Counted from the stretch's first letter, positions 1-15,018 are shown. The stretch: DNA of 64,000 nt from Octopus vulgaris (GCA_951406725.2 OX597827.1:5270001-5334000); one strand, 5' to 3'. Translations and numbers: made by a program. The notes: generated by a model from the sequence alone, not told the origin.

Positions 1-1085
1 TACATCTATGATATTATAATTACTTAGAATTCATTATACATAAACAATAGAGATATTTAACACTTTCTAGTGAAGTGGAGTGGAGTGGATAAAAGAATCA
101 CCTGCTTGTAGGTCACCTATGAAGAGGAATTTTGAAAGAAAGAAAGAATACTTAGAAAAGGAATTCTGATGACAAATGGCACCACTATTGGAATAAGTGG
201 AAAGAAAAAGTTAAAACATTACACACACACACGCATGCACACACACATGCATACATACAGACATACACACACACAACATAGTATACATTTACATACAGGT
301 GATAGAAGACTTATACTAAGGTCTGACCTTAGAAATACCTAACAGTGAATCTGATGAAATACAATGACAGACGTCATTGTAAATATGATGGTGCTTTTTG
401 AAGAACTCTCAAAGTCATGTCCCGATAAAAATGGACATAAAACCATTAATAATGATGAATGATGGTATAGTTTAAATAAGTAGACAGATATGTGCTTGTG
501 TATGTCTGCATCAATGTGTGCGTGTGTGTCTGCATGCATGTGTGTGTGTGTGTGTGTGTCTGCGTGCATGCGTGTGTGTGTGGACTTGTATGTGTGTGTG
601 TTGACTAATTGATTTCTAGCTTGATTTTTTTTTTGTTTTCAGTTTTCCAGAGTTATGGACTTGTGGCATTTCCAAGTTGCAAACACATGGCATGCAGCGC
701 TAATCATTTTGTCTGAGTATCTCTACATCTCTAAACAGACAACCAATGAATAGATTTTACACATACAGTGGCTTGATCTACATGTAATAACAACCAGATA
801 TCCAATAATCACTTCCTGTTAGGTTATAAAATTGCAGGACACATTGTATAGTGTAAGCCTGGATATAGTGAATATGTGTGTGTGTGTGTGTGTGTAATTT
901 TCACTGGGAAAAGTTTGTCAATGACTTTGTAATTTAGGAGAAGTTACCCTTGTCCTTGTCAAAGTTCCTGTCAACATATTCCTTATAAAAATAAATGTGA
1001 TGCTTAAATGTATTGAGTAGTTCTTCTGATCCTTCAGTAAAAGATTTTGTAATATATTTATACAATTATATATAAAAACAAACCT

Positions 1086-1127
<42 letters not shown>

Positions 1128-1226
1128 AATGTAGGATAAAATTTTTTTCGAAAAAAATTCTTTTCCAAAAAAAATTTTAACAATGGCCAGCATATTAAGA
1201 AATACCTTTAAAGGTTAAATTTATAA

Positions 1227-1481
1227 ACAATTCATAAATAAGGGCAAATGGAAAAATTTCTAATGCCAAATATGCCAAAAAATTGGACATATTGTCCATT
1301 AACCATTAATTTTTTCACAATTCGCATGCTACTTGAGAAAAAATTTTTTAGAAATTTCTGTTGACCTTTTTTCGAGTAGCGTGCGGATTGTGAAAAAATT
1401 AATGGTTTATGGACAATGTGTCCAATTTTTCGGCATATTTGGCATTAGAAATTTTTTCGTTTGCCCTTATTGATGAATTGT
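1227..1481. repeat. Long imperfect inverted repeat (arms about 115 bp, spacer about 25 bp); fold-back element
   Basis: acaattcataaataagggcaaa...gctacttgagaaaaaa (1227-1343) is the reverse complement of ttttttcgagtagc...tttgcccttattgatgaattgt (1367-1481) apart from scattered mismatches; lies between (TA)n tracts. Confidence 0.9.
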
Positions 1482-1524
1482 ATATATATATATATATATA
1501 TATACATAATCTTTACTGCCACTT

Positions 1525-1982
1525 AAACATGGCTGTTCCATAGGAACTGACATTACTGCTATTTAAATCCTAGGAGGATACCTCCTCCTGTTGGCTATTC
1601 AATGCAATCTGTACCTGATGTACATTGAAAGCAGGGGAGTGAACTTCTACCATCTTCCAGCCACGAGACCACTAGACCATATGGTTTCAACCTCTTTGTG
1701 ATCGCTCTCAGTGGTGGATACTCATCTGCTAGAGATAGCAGTAGTTCATCCCCCCCCCCCTCCAGCTCACAATATATAGAAATCAAGTGACACACAGTCA
1801 CTGATATTGTAATGAGCAAATTAGCTGGTTAGAAAATCTCTATAAGAGCTGAAAGCAGTAAATGTACAGGGAAATAATGTTTACTAACATTCAAACATGG
1901 CTGTTTCTTAGGAACTGATGTTACTGCTATTTTTAACCTCAGGAGGATGTCTCCAACTGGTTATTCGATGCAATCTGCATCC
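1525..1982 (+). repeat. Diverged direct repeat pair, about 90 bp (1525-1615 and 1893-1982)
   Basis: Both copies read aaacatggctgtt..taggaactga..ttactgctattt..aggaggat..tattc.atgcaatctg. Confidence 0.75.
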
Positions 1983-2278
1983 AGTTAAAAAATAATATTA
2001 ACATTGGTTCCTAACTTTGTTCATAAAGGGGTAGGTCTGGGGGTTAAACAGGTAAAAACAATAAAATCCCAGTTCTATAACTACTAACCTTTATTCAAAT
2101 TTATTTTATTCACATGACTAATAATGTTGTTTTCCATATTATTTTACTGTTATTTTATATTCTGTTAAAGAAAAATAAATACTAAATATTTGAATGTTTA
2201 AATAACATGCAGAATATAATGATTTAAAAAAGAAAAATGCTAAAACATTTGTTAAATCGCTTGTATTATTTTTACAAG

Positions 2279-2343
<65 letters not shown>

Positions 2344-2763
2344 ATGATTTGAATTTTCAGTCAGTTTCGTCAACTGGAATTTATCACTAATAATTGCTAT
2401 CAGTAACTGAGGCTTAACAGCTGTAATTTCTGAAGGACGGACTACTGACTAAATAATTATGAGTTCAAAGCTTGTTCTAGCCATTGCATTATATCCGGAG
2501 GCAACATAAAATGATTCTGCATTCCTTCCTGTCCTTAATTGATGATATTTTTCTCTCCTATATCATGACTGATTGGTTAGCAGTAGAAAAGGAGGCACCA
2601 GCTGTTAAAAAAAAATTTACTCCAACAATAGGCAAGTATCCAAATTGGCAAAAGCCATTCCGTTTATGATAACATACAAAATCAGATATAAGGCAGCACC
2701 AACTTGGGAAAGGAAAAAATGCTGAAACCTATGGGACTAGTTCATATCTGTATGAATGTGAAA

Positions 2764-2802
<39 letters not shown>

Positions 2803-2880
2803 AGATTTATCATGTTCTAAAAATATTTTAGTCTTTAAATATATGCAATGGTGATATTTGAATAATCATTACAATTGTTT

Positions 2881-3344
<464 letters not shown>

Positions 3345-4011
3345 TTCTTTTTTGTTTAACGGAGTAGGATTTTTTTCCAAAATAATTCATAATACCACTG
3401 AGTTTTTATAGAGGTCACATTTTTAAAGCTTTGTATTCAGATGAATTATTGAAATAAAATGGAGTTGACGTATATTATTTCATTGGAAAAAAAAATTTGT
3501 TTTGAAACTAATTAATTATAAAATGCTTATCCAGCCATTATAATCAAAGTTAGTGAGAAATGTTGCGAAGCAATGATGACCCCACAACCATCCCCCACGC
3601 ACCTTATGAGTTATTTGTTTTCACTGGATTTAATTTCAATTTAAAATATCTTTTGTATTGTTTTATCAAATAATCATTTGTTTCAAATGAATTATTTAGA
3701 TATGCAAATATTATTTTCTCTATCTTGGGTATATTTTATTTTATTTTTAATACAAATCCTATCTTAGATGTAAAGACATTATGACTCTGTCATTGTATCA
3801 CGTGGAGGCTATACTGGAAAGGTTGGTTTCTCTATTATATTTGCCAACTTGACATGACACCTAATGTTTTCAGAAAATCTCAGATAAATTTGACGTGTTA
3901 TAATAGCTAGCCTACAATTTACGGTACCGTTACTGTGGAAAGTAAACAAATGTAAATGCATTTTGTAGGTCTCTACCCACAAAAAATTTTATAGAGATTA
4001 TTATGTTATGT

Positions 4012-4240
4012 TTAACCCTTTAGCATTTAAACCGGCCATATCCGGCTGAAAGTATTCTGCTTGTTTTATGTTCAAACTGGCCATATCTGGTCTCTCACAC
4101 CAACCCTACAATACCATCTTAAAAATTAACAGCTTCCTCATCAAAATCTCATAACTACAAGATAATGCATGATTAGTTCAAAACAATGTGGATGAAAAGG
4201 CATTAATTTTGGCAGAATAATGCAAACACTAAAGGGTTAA
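4012..4240. mobile_element. piggyBac-type MITE
   Basis: TTAA-CCCTTTAG ... CTAAAGGG-TTAA (TIRs with TTAA target duplication); related copies at 39543-39770 and 19605-19829. Confidence 0.85.
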
Positions 4241-4778
4241 TGCCGATTAGCCACTGTTCAGAAGATAAGAAACTCTTACTGTACTGCTCACAAACAGAGC
4301 ATAATATCAATTGCTATTTAGACCAAACACAAACAAGGACTTAGATAAATTGCCTGTCTCATATGAATATTGACTTTTGTCTGTGGTGTGATTAAATTAT
4401 TGGTAATTATGTTATGCACAAAAAGTATGTATTAGAAGAATTAAAATAGATTTGATGTAGTTAGTTTACAGTTTATAAAGCATATGCTGAGGAAAGTAGT
4501 TTTATGCTTGTATTTGAGGTCAGTGAGTTGTTCATGAGATGTTTACGCTTTTACGAAAAAAGGAACAGAAATACGATATTATTTCATCTGCATGTTCTGA
4601 GTACAAATTCCACTGAAGTTGATTTTGTCATTCATCCCTTTCGGGTTAATAAAATAAGTACCAGTTGCAAAGGATATATATGTGTGTATGTATATATATA
4701 TATATATATATATTGATAAAAATGGTAAGACAATAAAAGAAAGAGACCTTGATATTATGTAAATAGAGGAAATTTATC

Positions 4779-4979
4779 TGTAAATATAATAGGTGACAAT
4801 TATTTGGTAGCCATGATGAAACTCCAAGTTTTGGATGCCGAGGTGGAAATCCACGCCGCCATCTCTTCAGTTTCCGATGGCCAGAAAACCGCCGAGATGG
4901 CAGGGTGGATTTCCATCTCGGCATCCAAAACTTGGAGTTTTGTCATGGCTACTGAATAATTGTCACATATTACATTTAC

Positions 4980-4980
<1 letters not shown>
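4779..4980. repeat. Long inverted repeat (arms about 87 bp) in an insert bounded by (TA)n
   Basis: 4779-4865 pairs with 4894-4980, e.g. aaactccaagttttggatgccgag / ctcggcatccaaaacttggagttt. Confidence 0.9.
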
Positions 4981-5019
<39 letters not shown>

Positions 5020-6495
5020 ACAAATGAGAGTAACAGAAAATAGAATTCACATGATTCTTTATTAATCACAACAAATGTTTCGACCCATCTTGTATTGACC
5101 CCTCACAAGTGAAATACTGTACAACTGGTAATGGTGGTGCAGATGTGTCTTAACAGATAACTTTTCAAAAGATGCCTCATTCAATAAACTTGGTTTCACT
5201 TGGTTTGATTATACAGCATGTCATTATTTGCCTGTAGGTGGTTGCCTATAGTCTTCCTGGTTTTGAATATATGTACTTATATGTGTGTGTATGTAAGTCA
5301 CTAAGTAGGTGTGTATGTATACCTGTATGCATGCATGTATACACAGCCAAGAATCAAATGGAATTAGGGACTTAGTTTTCATGTTTTAGATATGGTGTTC
5401 ATAAAATAATAATTTCAAACAGCATACTTAGGAAAATGGACTTATATAATGATGAGCTGTAAAAATAGATGGAGCATGAAGTATGCTATTATCAGATTAG
5501 CAAAAACTGTTAGAGTGTCAGGAAAGGATATTTTGGAATATTTATTTCAGTTCTTTACATGTTGATTTCAAAATTCAATGAGTACAACTTTGCCTTTCAT
5601 CCTTTTGCAGTCAAAAAAATTAAGTACCGACCAGTAATGGAATCGGTGCAAAATAACCATGTTCTCAGGGCATCAAGGAAAATGGGACGGGCAACACATT
5701 TGATGTGCTTCTACGCAATTTTCATCTACCGAATTCCATTAACAAGGCATTTTCTTAAGGTGCTGCACAGTGGGATTGAACTCAGTGTCAAGTGTTTGTG
5801 GAGCTTAGCCACTTGATTATGTAAATAAATCCTCAAATTAGTTTCTAACAATTCTAATGCGAAATCGTTACAGATATTAAAAAAATACCACATATATGTA
5901 TACACACAGAGAAAGAGCGATAACGTTTTAGAAAAAGCAATGTTTCTTTGTTGAAACATTAAATCCACAAAATATAAGTATTTCCTCTACAGTTAGCTTT
6001 AGCTTGTATTAAGACCTCCGTGATTATTGAATCAAAAATTTCTCTTTCTCTTCCCCACCACAACTTGGTTGAAGAACTTTTCAGCCAACTGTTGCCGATG
6101 TACAACACCACCCAAACAACAGAAAACAAAGAGAGAGAGAGAGAGAGAGAGAGACGAACAGTTTTGTGCTAATGTTGGAATATAAAATGCACAAAAATTC
6201 AAGGAACTTTCCAGATTTTGTAGACAAACTTCTTGTAGCTGATCAAACTCAGTTACATACTTTACATGAAAATAAATTTTTTAAAAATGATAACAAAATA
6301 ACCATATTGGGTACTAAAAGAGCTATGACCTCAGAGACTAAGTGTTGCTGTAAAACTTCAAACTGCTAACCACTTCATGGAGAATAAGAAAGGGAATTGC
6401 ATAACTGTAAGCAATAGTAAAAAAGAAATTTGTAAAGAACACATAGAAAACTTACTTAAAAAACATTATTCTCGGGTAAGATTTTTCCTCAAGAA

Positions 6496-7132
6496 CAGTG
6501 GTTCTCAACCAGGGACTATATGACCCCCATGGGGTCCACATAAGACTTTGTTGTTAAAAGTTATATGCAATGAATTGGTTGTACTTACACAATACTCAAA
6601 TTATTTTAACAATTTTTAAAATAAAATTCCTAATAATCATCATCATCATCATCATCATCATCATTTAGCGTCCGCTTTCCATGCTAGCATGGGTTGGACG
6701 GTTCAACTGGGGTCTGGGAAGCCAGAAGGCTGCACCAGACCCAGTCTGATCTGGCAATGTTTCTACGGCTGGATGCCCTTCCTAACGCCAACCACTCCAT
6801 GAGTGTAGTGGGTGCCTTTTACGTGCCACCGGCACAGGTGCCAGACGAGGCTGGCAAACGGCCACGATCGGAAGGTGCTTTTTACGTGCCACCGGCACGG
6901 GGGCCAGGCGTGGCTGGCAACGGCCACGAATGGATGGTGCTTTTTACGTGCCACCGGCACAGGTGCCAGACGAGGCTGGCAAACGGCCACGATCGGAAGG
7001 TGCTTTTTACATGCTACCGGCAATTATAAAAATGTAATAGGATTGTTTTTTACATGGAATGTCTGTGGAGGTTCAGTAGAGTAAAATAGGAACCAAAGGG
7101 GTCCAAAGGCCAAATCTGGTTGAGAATCACAG
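6496..7132. mobile_element. hAT/Charlie-like MITE containing a nested RTE 3' fragment
   Basis: TIRs cagtggttctcaacc / ggttgagaatcacag; 8-bp TSD ctcaagaa / ctctagaa (7/8 match, NTCTAGAN-type target). Confidence 0.8.
6635..7022 (-). mobile_element. RTE-LINE 3' UTR fragment with 62-63 bp tandem units and (GAT)n tail
   Basis: (CAT)n then ...ggatgcccttcctaacgccaacc...; units start at 6823, 6886, 6948 and 7011; same family is joined to RTE coding sequence at 41236-41768. Confidence 0.8.
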
Positions 7133-7537
7133 CTCTAGAAAATGTAATAAATATAATATTGAAATAAAATGGCCAATCATCAAGAATGCCAAAGCTTACA
7201 CTGGAGGTGCCTAAAGATGCAAACATAGCATGGAAGAAAAACATCGTAATATGATGCAAAGTTCTAAACAGTTTCAGAAAAAAAAAATAATGAATTAATC
7301 CAGAAATGCATGCATAAAACAGATATTACTTTGAGCATTCCAAACAGGTATAGCTAGAGCAACAACCTATAATTTAAGAGCCAATTGGAGAAATAACTTG
7401 TGTAAATTGAGTGACAAATAAGTCTGATTATTCATCCCAGACACCCATGAAGTCATTACCCTGACTGATGTCCTCTCCTAAGAAGAACTCTGGAAAAAGA
7501 AGCTACATTTAATTAATTTGGCATATATAGTCACTCT

Positions 7538-7795
7538 TGTGGAGGTGCATGGCTTAGTGGTTAGGATGTCAACACCATGATCGTAAGATTGTGGTTTCGA
7601 TTCCTGGACAGGGCGACGCATTGTGTTCTTGAGCAAAACACTTCATTTCACATTGCTCCAGTCCACTCAGCTGGCAAAAATGAGTAACGCTGTGATGGAC
7701 TGGCGTCCCATCCAGCTGGGGAACACATGTGCCATAGAAACCAAGAAACTGGGTCCATGAGCCTGGCTAGGCTTTAAAAGGGCACATTTATTTAT
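7538..7795 (+). mobile_element. tRNA-derived SINE family D
   Basis: A box tggcttagtgg, B-box-like gtttcgattcc, (ATTT)n tail, 12-bp TSD tatagtcactct (7526-7537 and 7796-7807); decayed relatives near 15963, 27058 and 32000. Confidence 0.85.
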
Positions 7796-7981
7796 TATAG
7801 TCACTCTACTAGCTTAGTGTTGAGAACTCTTTTTCTTTGTACTTAAGTACTTACCTTATAAAATTACTATTGTTAACTGTCATATTCATTGCATTTGTCC
7901 ATTATTTATCCCCTTTTCTCTCTCTCTAAGTGCAATGTGATACCTTAAAGAAAAATTCAATCATCACTACACACACACACA

Positions 7982-8036
<55 letters not shown>

Positions 8037-9279
8037 TTTCAGTCACACTTGCAGAAACACGTGCACATCAATTTTAAGCTATGTATTGTGTACACATTTT
8101 TATATGGCATAATCAAAGAAGGAAGAATAGCACCCATGAAATTTTCTTCTCAATCTCCAAGAATAGTTCTGGTGGGAAAATAATGAAGAAACTATGACTG
8201 GTAAATTCCTACAGTAAGAAGCAACACAACACATTAGTGAAGTACCACCTTCTATGAATGCTAACAGAGGAGATTGATGTTAAACTGGGCAACTGATTAA
8301 GCCTTGTACCTGTACAATTATATGCTAAATTTAAATGTCTGTCTTGAGTCTGTAGACTTACTAGGCTACTTATCCTGAATTCTGTGGTGTTTGAGTGTGA
8401 GTACAAGGCAACACTCAGAATGGGATACCAGTCCACAACAGGATTAACTCACTAGTTTGCACAGGTTTAATCTGTCGCCTTGAGCTGGTACTTATTTCAG
8501 GTGATTAGATTCAAGTAATACGAAATGATGCACCTTTCTCAAATGGACAACACACATCACCTGAAGTCCATGATTCTATAACTGTTAACTTGATACCTAT
8601 CCATACAAAACACTAGGCCACATACATACACACAGACAGATATACACACATTCACATGAGCGCATATACACACATTGTTCTGTTGTTGGTGGTGTCAACA
8701 AATAAGTATCCAATCCAGTGAGAAATAAATATCATTTATGTGTGTGTATGTGTATGTGTATTTGTATTATGTTTGTGCGTGTGTCTGTAAGTGTGTGTGT
8801 TTGTGAGTGTGTGCGTGTTTGTGCGTGTGTGTACATTCATGAGTTAAACATCTATGATACATTTTTATAAAATATGTGGTTGTTTCATAAAAAGATAATA
8901 GGGTGTGATTTGCAAGAAAACTGGTTACTATTTCTAGCATACTGAATTTTTTTTTTCCCCTCCCAAACCAAAAGATAATCAACTGGGTACATTTGGTCAG
9001 GGGCTAAGCTTTGTTATGCACTCATGCTTATGCAGAAACCAAGTCAGACATTTTCAGTCACTCGTATGTAAACAACACTCACTTGTACCATACACTGATT
9101 AATACAAGCACCTGTCACACGCTCACATACATAGGTGGATACTAGAAAAGTTCTTGTTCTCTTTTCACTTGTTTGTTAGAAATATTTGTTTTACAAGTGA
9201 ATATCTTTTCTATCAACAACCACAGTTAAGTAAAATGAGGATTGGCAAGATTTATCATTCTGCAGTCGTGATTTGACAA

Positions 9280-9870
9280 AGATAACACACATACACACAT
9301 ACACACATATATATATATATAAATATGCACACATAGATATATACATAACACACACACACACACACATATATATACACATATATCTACATATACACACACA
9401 TATATATATATATATATAAATATGCACACATAGATATATACATAACACACACACACATACACATATATATACACATATATCTACATATACACACACATAT
9501 ATATATATATAAATATGCACACATAGATATATACATAACACACACACACACACACATATATATACACATATATCTACATATACACACACATATATATATA
9601 TAAATATGCACACATAGATATATACATAACACACACACATGTCTACATATACACACATATATATATATAATATGCACACATATATATATACATAACACAC
9701 ACACATATATATATATATATACACATATGTCTACATATACACACACATATATATATATAAATATGCACACATAGATATATACATAACACACACACACACA
9801 TATATATATATATACACATATATCTACATATACACACACACATATATATATATATAAATATCACATAGAT
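9280..9870. repeat. Higher-order minisatellite (about 7 units of 67-98 bp) built from (CA)/(TA) blocks
   Basis: Anchor aaatatgcacacatagatatatacataac recurs at about 9321, 9418, 9511, 9602, 9669 and 9759, with a partial copy at 9857. Confidence 0.85.
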
Positions 9871-10102
9871 ATGTGTTTGTGTATATGTAAACACACACAT
9901 ATATATATATATATATGATATATCATATATGTATATACACACACCATATATATATATATTCTATATAAGTGATTACATCACACATGTGCGTATATGTATG
10001 TATGTGTATATGTATGAATATATATATATATTTATGTGTTTGTGTGTGTGTATATATATATATATATATGTATCTGTATATACCTATATATATCTATATG
10101 TT

Positions 10103-10141
<39 letters not shown>

Positions 10142-10177
10142 CTGTATATACCTATATATATTTATATGTGTATATAT

Positions 10178-10615
10178 CAAATCAAATCAAATCAAATCAA
10201 AATAGATGAACATCAATGGAATTTGTATCCTTGTGGTGCCAGTGCCGGTGGCACACAAGAAAACCATCCGAACGTGGCCGTAGCCAGTACCGCATCGACT
10301 GGCCTCCGTGCTGTGGGCACGTAAGAAACACCATCCGATCGTGGCCGTTCGTCAGCCTCATCTGGCACCTGTGTCGGTGGCACATAAAAACACCATCCGA
10401 GCGTGGCCGTTCGCCAGCCTCGTCTGGCACCTGTGTCGGTGGCACATAAAATCACCCACTACACTCTCGGAGTGGTTGGCGTTAGGAAGGGCATCCAGCT
10501 GTAGAAACACTGCCAGATCTGACTGGCCTGGTGCAGCCTTCGGGCTCCCCAGACCCCAGTTGAACCGTCCAACCCATGCTAGCATGGAAAGCGGACGTTA
10601 AATGATGATGATGAT
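10178..10615 (+). mobile_element. RTE-LINE 3' UTR fragment (5'-truncated)
   Basis: (ATCAA)n, 62-bp units, ggttggcgttaggaagggcatccagc, (GAT)n tail; nearly identical to 58450-58955. Confidence 0.85.
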
Positions 10616-11015
10616 ATATCTATATTACACACGTTCACAGAATGTCTTTATATCATCATTTTATTTTAATGCTAAAATTTCCATGCTTGAATGGGTCTGA
10701 TGAAATTCCTTGGATTGGATTCTTCTATAGGTGGATGCCTTTCCTCTTGTTAGCCTTCACCTGTTTCCAAGTAAGGTAATATTTCCTCTTCTCCTTCATA
10801 TGTGAAAAACACAATGGTTTGCTGGATGCATTTTCAAGGAAGATTGCAAACAAAAGGTGTCTTTTACAGTATGACAGTGAAACTCATTTGTGACTAACCT
10901 GCAGTGTCTAAACATGCAGACAGGAGCAGACATGCACGTACATACTCATGCACTCAAGTACACAGATGTACACACACGCACACACGTGTGCACACACACA
11001 CACACACACACACGT

Positions 11016-11193
11016 CCATCCATCCATCCATCCATCTATCTGTCTGTCTGTCTGTCTGTCTATCTGTCTATCTATCTACCTATCTACCTATCTACCTACC
11101 TACCTACCTATCTACCTACCTACCTACCTACCTACCTACCTACCTGGCTACCTATCTAATCTATCTATCTGTCTACCTACCTACCTATCTACA

Positions 11194-11262
<69 letters not shown>

Positions 11263-11361
11263 GTCTATCTATCTACCTATCTACCTACCTAACTACCTAT
11301 CTACTTACCTACCTGGCTACCTATCTAATCTATCTATCTATCTATCTGTCTACCTACCTAC

Positions 11362-11420
<59 letters not shown>

Positions 11421-11455
11421 CCTATCTATCTGTCTATCTATCCATCTATCTATCT
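11016..11455. repeat. Compound tetranucleotide microsatellite (CCAT/CTGT/CTAT/CCTA)n
   Basis: Read directly from sequence. Confidence 0.95.
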
Positions 11456-14400
11456 TGCAACAAGTTCACAATGAGAGTAGTACATTGACTGCAAAAAGAA
11501 AGACTATACCAAGATAAGAAAACAACAAAGAATTTTCATTACCTATAATATCTGGTTAATATTTATTGCTTCATTGTTATCTGCTGATGCTTTTGACTTC
11601 ACAGCCCTCCATTAGACTAACCAATTAGTAAATTGGAGATTGGCCATATGGGAGTATATATATCCTTACTGTTCAGAGATACTGTATACATACTTCCATT
11701 TGTTCAATTCATCCTTGTTTCCAGGGTGGACTTCTGTTTCATAATGAGTTCTGCACTCCAGAGGTTTATCAATGTCCCCATGTTTGTATATTTGTTTCAA
11801 TACCTTCCTCTGAGCTGAATTATAGCATTGAATATAGCTACTTTGTAAAATTTCTCATATACATTCACGTGTGACTCTGTAAACTGAAGGTTTGTGTCTA
11901 GAAGGTTTGTGTCTGGCATTTGTGTCTGGAAGAATATATCATTAGGAAACAAATACTCCAACATTAAACTGCAGGGTAAAACTGGACACATGGAAATACC
12001 TACCTCGTATTTCCAAGCAGTGAAGTAATATATACTTTCATGTGTCCAACCCTCAATTTACCAATTTATTGATGAAAACAAAATAAAATCTGTCTGATGA
12101 AAGGTTATAACCTGAAAGCACTCACAGTTAATGGTTAAGCAATAAATCTTAAACCAGTAACAAGGCTTCCACTTAATAGATATTTGTAATATTAGTTTTT
12201 GTGTTGATTTCTTCTCATATGATGTTAGTCTGCTGTTAATCACATATAACTGCGCTGATATAATACCCACTATATATATATATATATATACATATACATA
12301 CATACATGCATATATATACATATGTAATTACGTGTGAATGCATATGTGTATATATGTATATGTATGTATATATGTATATGTGCATACATATATATGTATA
12401 TATATATATATCTATATGTATGTGTGTGTCTATCTATCTATCTATCTATCTATCCGTCTGTCTGTCTGTCTTTCTGTCTATCTATCTATCTGTGTATGTG
12501 TGAGTGTGTGCATCTGCAGTTTGAAGAAAAAAAAAGGAACAAATGTTATGAACTACGCTATTAGACTATTTCTCCATAAATTGTCGGAGGTAAATAATCT
12601 ATTCTGACATATGGGAGGAAACAGATTTTCATAAAAGCTGTTTTCAATATTTATATGTTAACAAAGGTTGCAGGAATCAGGTGCAATGACAATGAATAAA
12701 TAAAATGGCTTTCGACTATAAATTGACAGATCACTATATAATTGTTTATAAACAAATAGAAAAAAAAATAATATGGTTATTGCAATGTACTTAGTGTTAG
12801 TACGATTAAAGTTGGTGCCAAATTTATTTTCAGAGTCAATAGCTTTAAATCAATATATATATTGAGTAACAAAACCAATATGTGTATTGCACAAGTAAAA
12901 TCTAACATGATTTAATGTCATGCAGTCTATAGTATCTTCAGTGTCTTAACCTGTTCATTGTACTAAGTATTAAATTGATCCCATTGTCAGGAATCTTGTA
13001 TTTAAAAAAAAAAACTGTTTGAAAAACACTTACTGAATTTATTCATGCATAAGTCATACCATTTTATCTTTGGTTTTAACTGAGAAAACTATGTTGAGAT
13101 CTACAAATAGGGCAATGCTAAAACTATGAAAGAAAAATAATTTGTATGAAGATTTAACACTAAACTGTGAGTACAACTCATACATGAGTAAGTATGGTAT
13201 GTCCTTATAAAATCCCTAGATGTCAGACTAAATTGAAAAGCTAATGAAATTTAAAGAGGCTGAAGGCCTAATGAACTTCAAACATTTAAAATAAATTTAA
13301 CTTATGAAAAACTCAGAGAACTGATGAATGTAAAAGATATTAGTATGCAATGCTGAAGAAATAATATCATAATAATGATGATGGTTGTTGTTTTTGTTGT
13401 TTGTTGCTGTTGTTTTGTTTTTTTTGTCATTGGTGCATCTCATACTAATTTTCATAAAATTTAAGAAAACTAAAATCCCTTTTTCTTTTTCTTTTTTTTT
13501 TTTTTTTGAAACTCAATAATTTCTATTAAAAAAATTGTTGGAAAGACAAGCCGTAATAATTTGCTTTCAATGTTATTGAAATTCTTTACCTCCTTAAATA
13601 ATTTTTATTTCACTAAATAGGCATCGAATATATTTTTCAATAAAATATTTTGAAGGGATATTATTTACAACAGAAATACATAAAATTGTTCTTTGTTTTA
13701 TTTTTGATTGATTGTGTTCTTTTTCAGGCCAATGATATTAACCTCTTTTATATTTCACATTTATGTATCTTTGAAACAGTTTTAATGTATTTTATTGAAA
13801 ATATAATGAAGTTAAATTACATGAAGTATTAATTATGATTGCTATCATATTCATTGTATTTAAAATTAGATTCATACATTTAAAAAAAAAATTAATTTAA
13901 AGTAATTTTAATGGTTTATTTGATATATTAATATCCATGTAATTAAATTAAAAGTCGAAACATATACCCAAGGAAACCAAATCACAACACAAGAGCAAAA
14001 CATGATAGGCAGACATTGTATCAGAAACATTCAAATTTATTTTTAATATTTTTACAAGAAAAATACTTACCATTTAACATTTATCAGTGGTATGAATTTG
14101 TAGTGTCTGATTGGGAATTCTGACCTGAAAATTTTAAATGTTTCAAGATCTTTTATGACTGACATGAATATTTTCATGCTAGAAGCCTCTCATATAACGA
14201 CAGCTATCTCATATGACATAATCATTATTGTAGATGATCTTTTCTGTCAGTCAAAAATTTCTTGTAAAAGTCAGTTGCTGCTTTCTGGACAAGGTTTATT
14301 AATTTGGCCACATTGTTTTGTCTTAGCTCTAAGAAAGTAAATATTCTTAAATTGATACTAAAAAACATAAAAGAATATATTATGAAGAAAGAGGAGTAAA

Positions 14401-14534
14401 ATATATGTGAAAATAAGTTTCAGCTTAAATATTTGTACTTGATAAGTGAGTGGTGTTAGAACTCAAACTAAAAATTTCTTAGTTCTAAGTCAAGCTTCCC
14501 ATCTCAGATTATGCAGAGGATGAAATGTCAATGA

Positions 14535-14598
<64 letters not shown>

Positions 14599-15018
14599 CA
14601 GTTGTTAAAACTTTGCCTTAAAGAAATATATATACACTGAAATAGACATATCAACATTTGATATCATGATACATACTCTCACACACACACACACACACAA
14701 TTAGACTTGTATGCTCACAAATATACACACTTGAGCTTACACTCATGCACAGGTACAAATGCACACACACACACATTCACATATATATGCACAAAGATGG
14801 AATAGCATATCATTGTCATGAGCCATTGCCAAATAATTAGTCTAAAATTATCACAAGTTACAGGAAACTTAAAATAATTCATTAGTCAGTATATTACTTT
14901 GTTTGATTTGGTTTTCTTCATATATCATCATTATATAAAGAAAAGCTAATTATATACATACATTTTTTTTTTCATGTAAATAATATTGGTCTCATATACA
15001 ACTAACTATGCTCAATTT

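Noticed and set aside
643-753. Possible plus-strand exon after a strong polypyrimidine-AG
   Set aside because: Short frame, no donor or partner exon, no recognisable product
5064-5116. Possible hammerhead (tcac-ttgtga..gtc-GAAAC-attt-GTT-gtga, minus strand)
   Set aside because: The core lacks CUGANGA and stem II does not pair; at most a decayed remnant
6823-7022. CRISPR-like periodic palindromic repeats
   Set aside because: Whole units repeat with no unique spacers, the context is eukaryotic, and the array is part of an RTE 3' UTR
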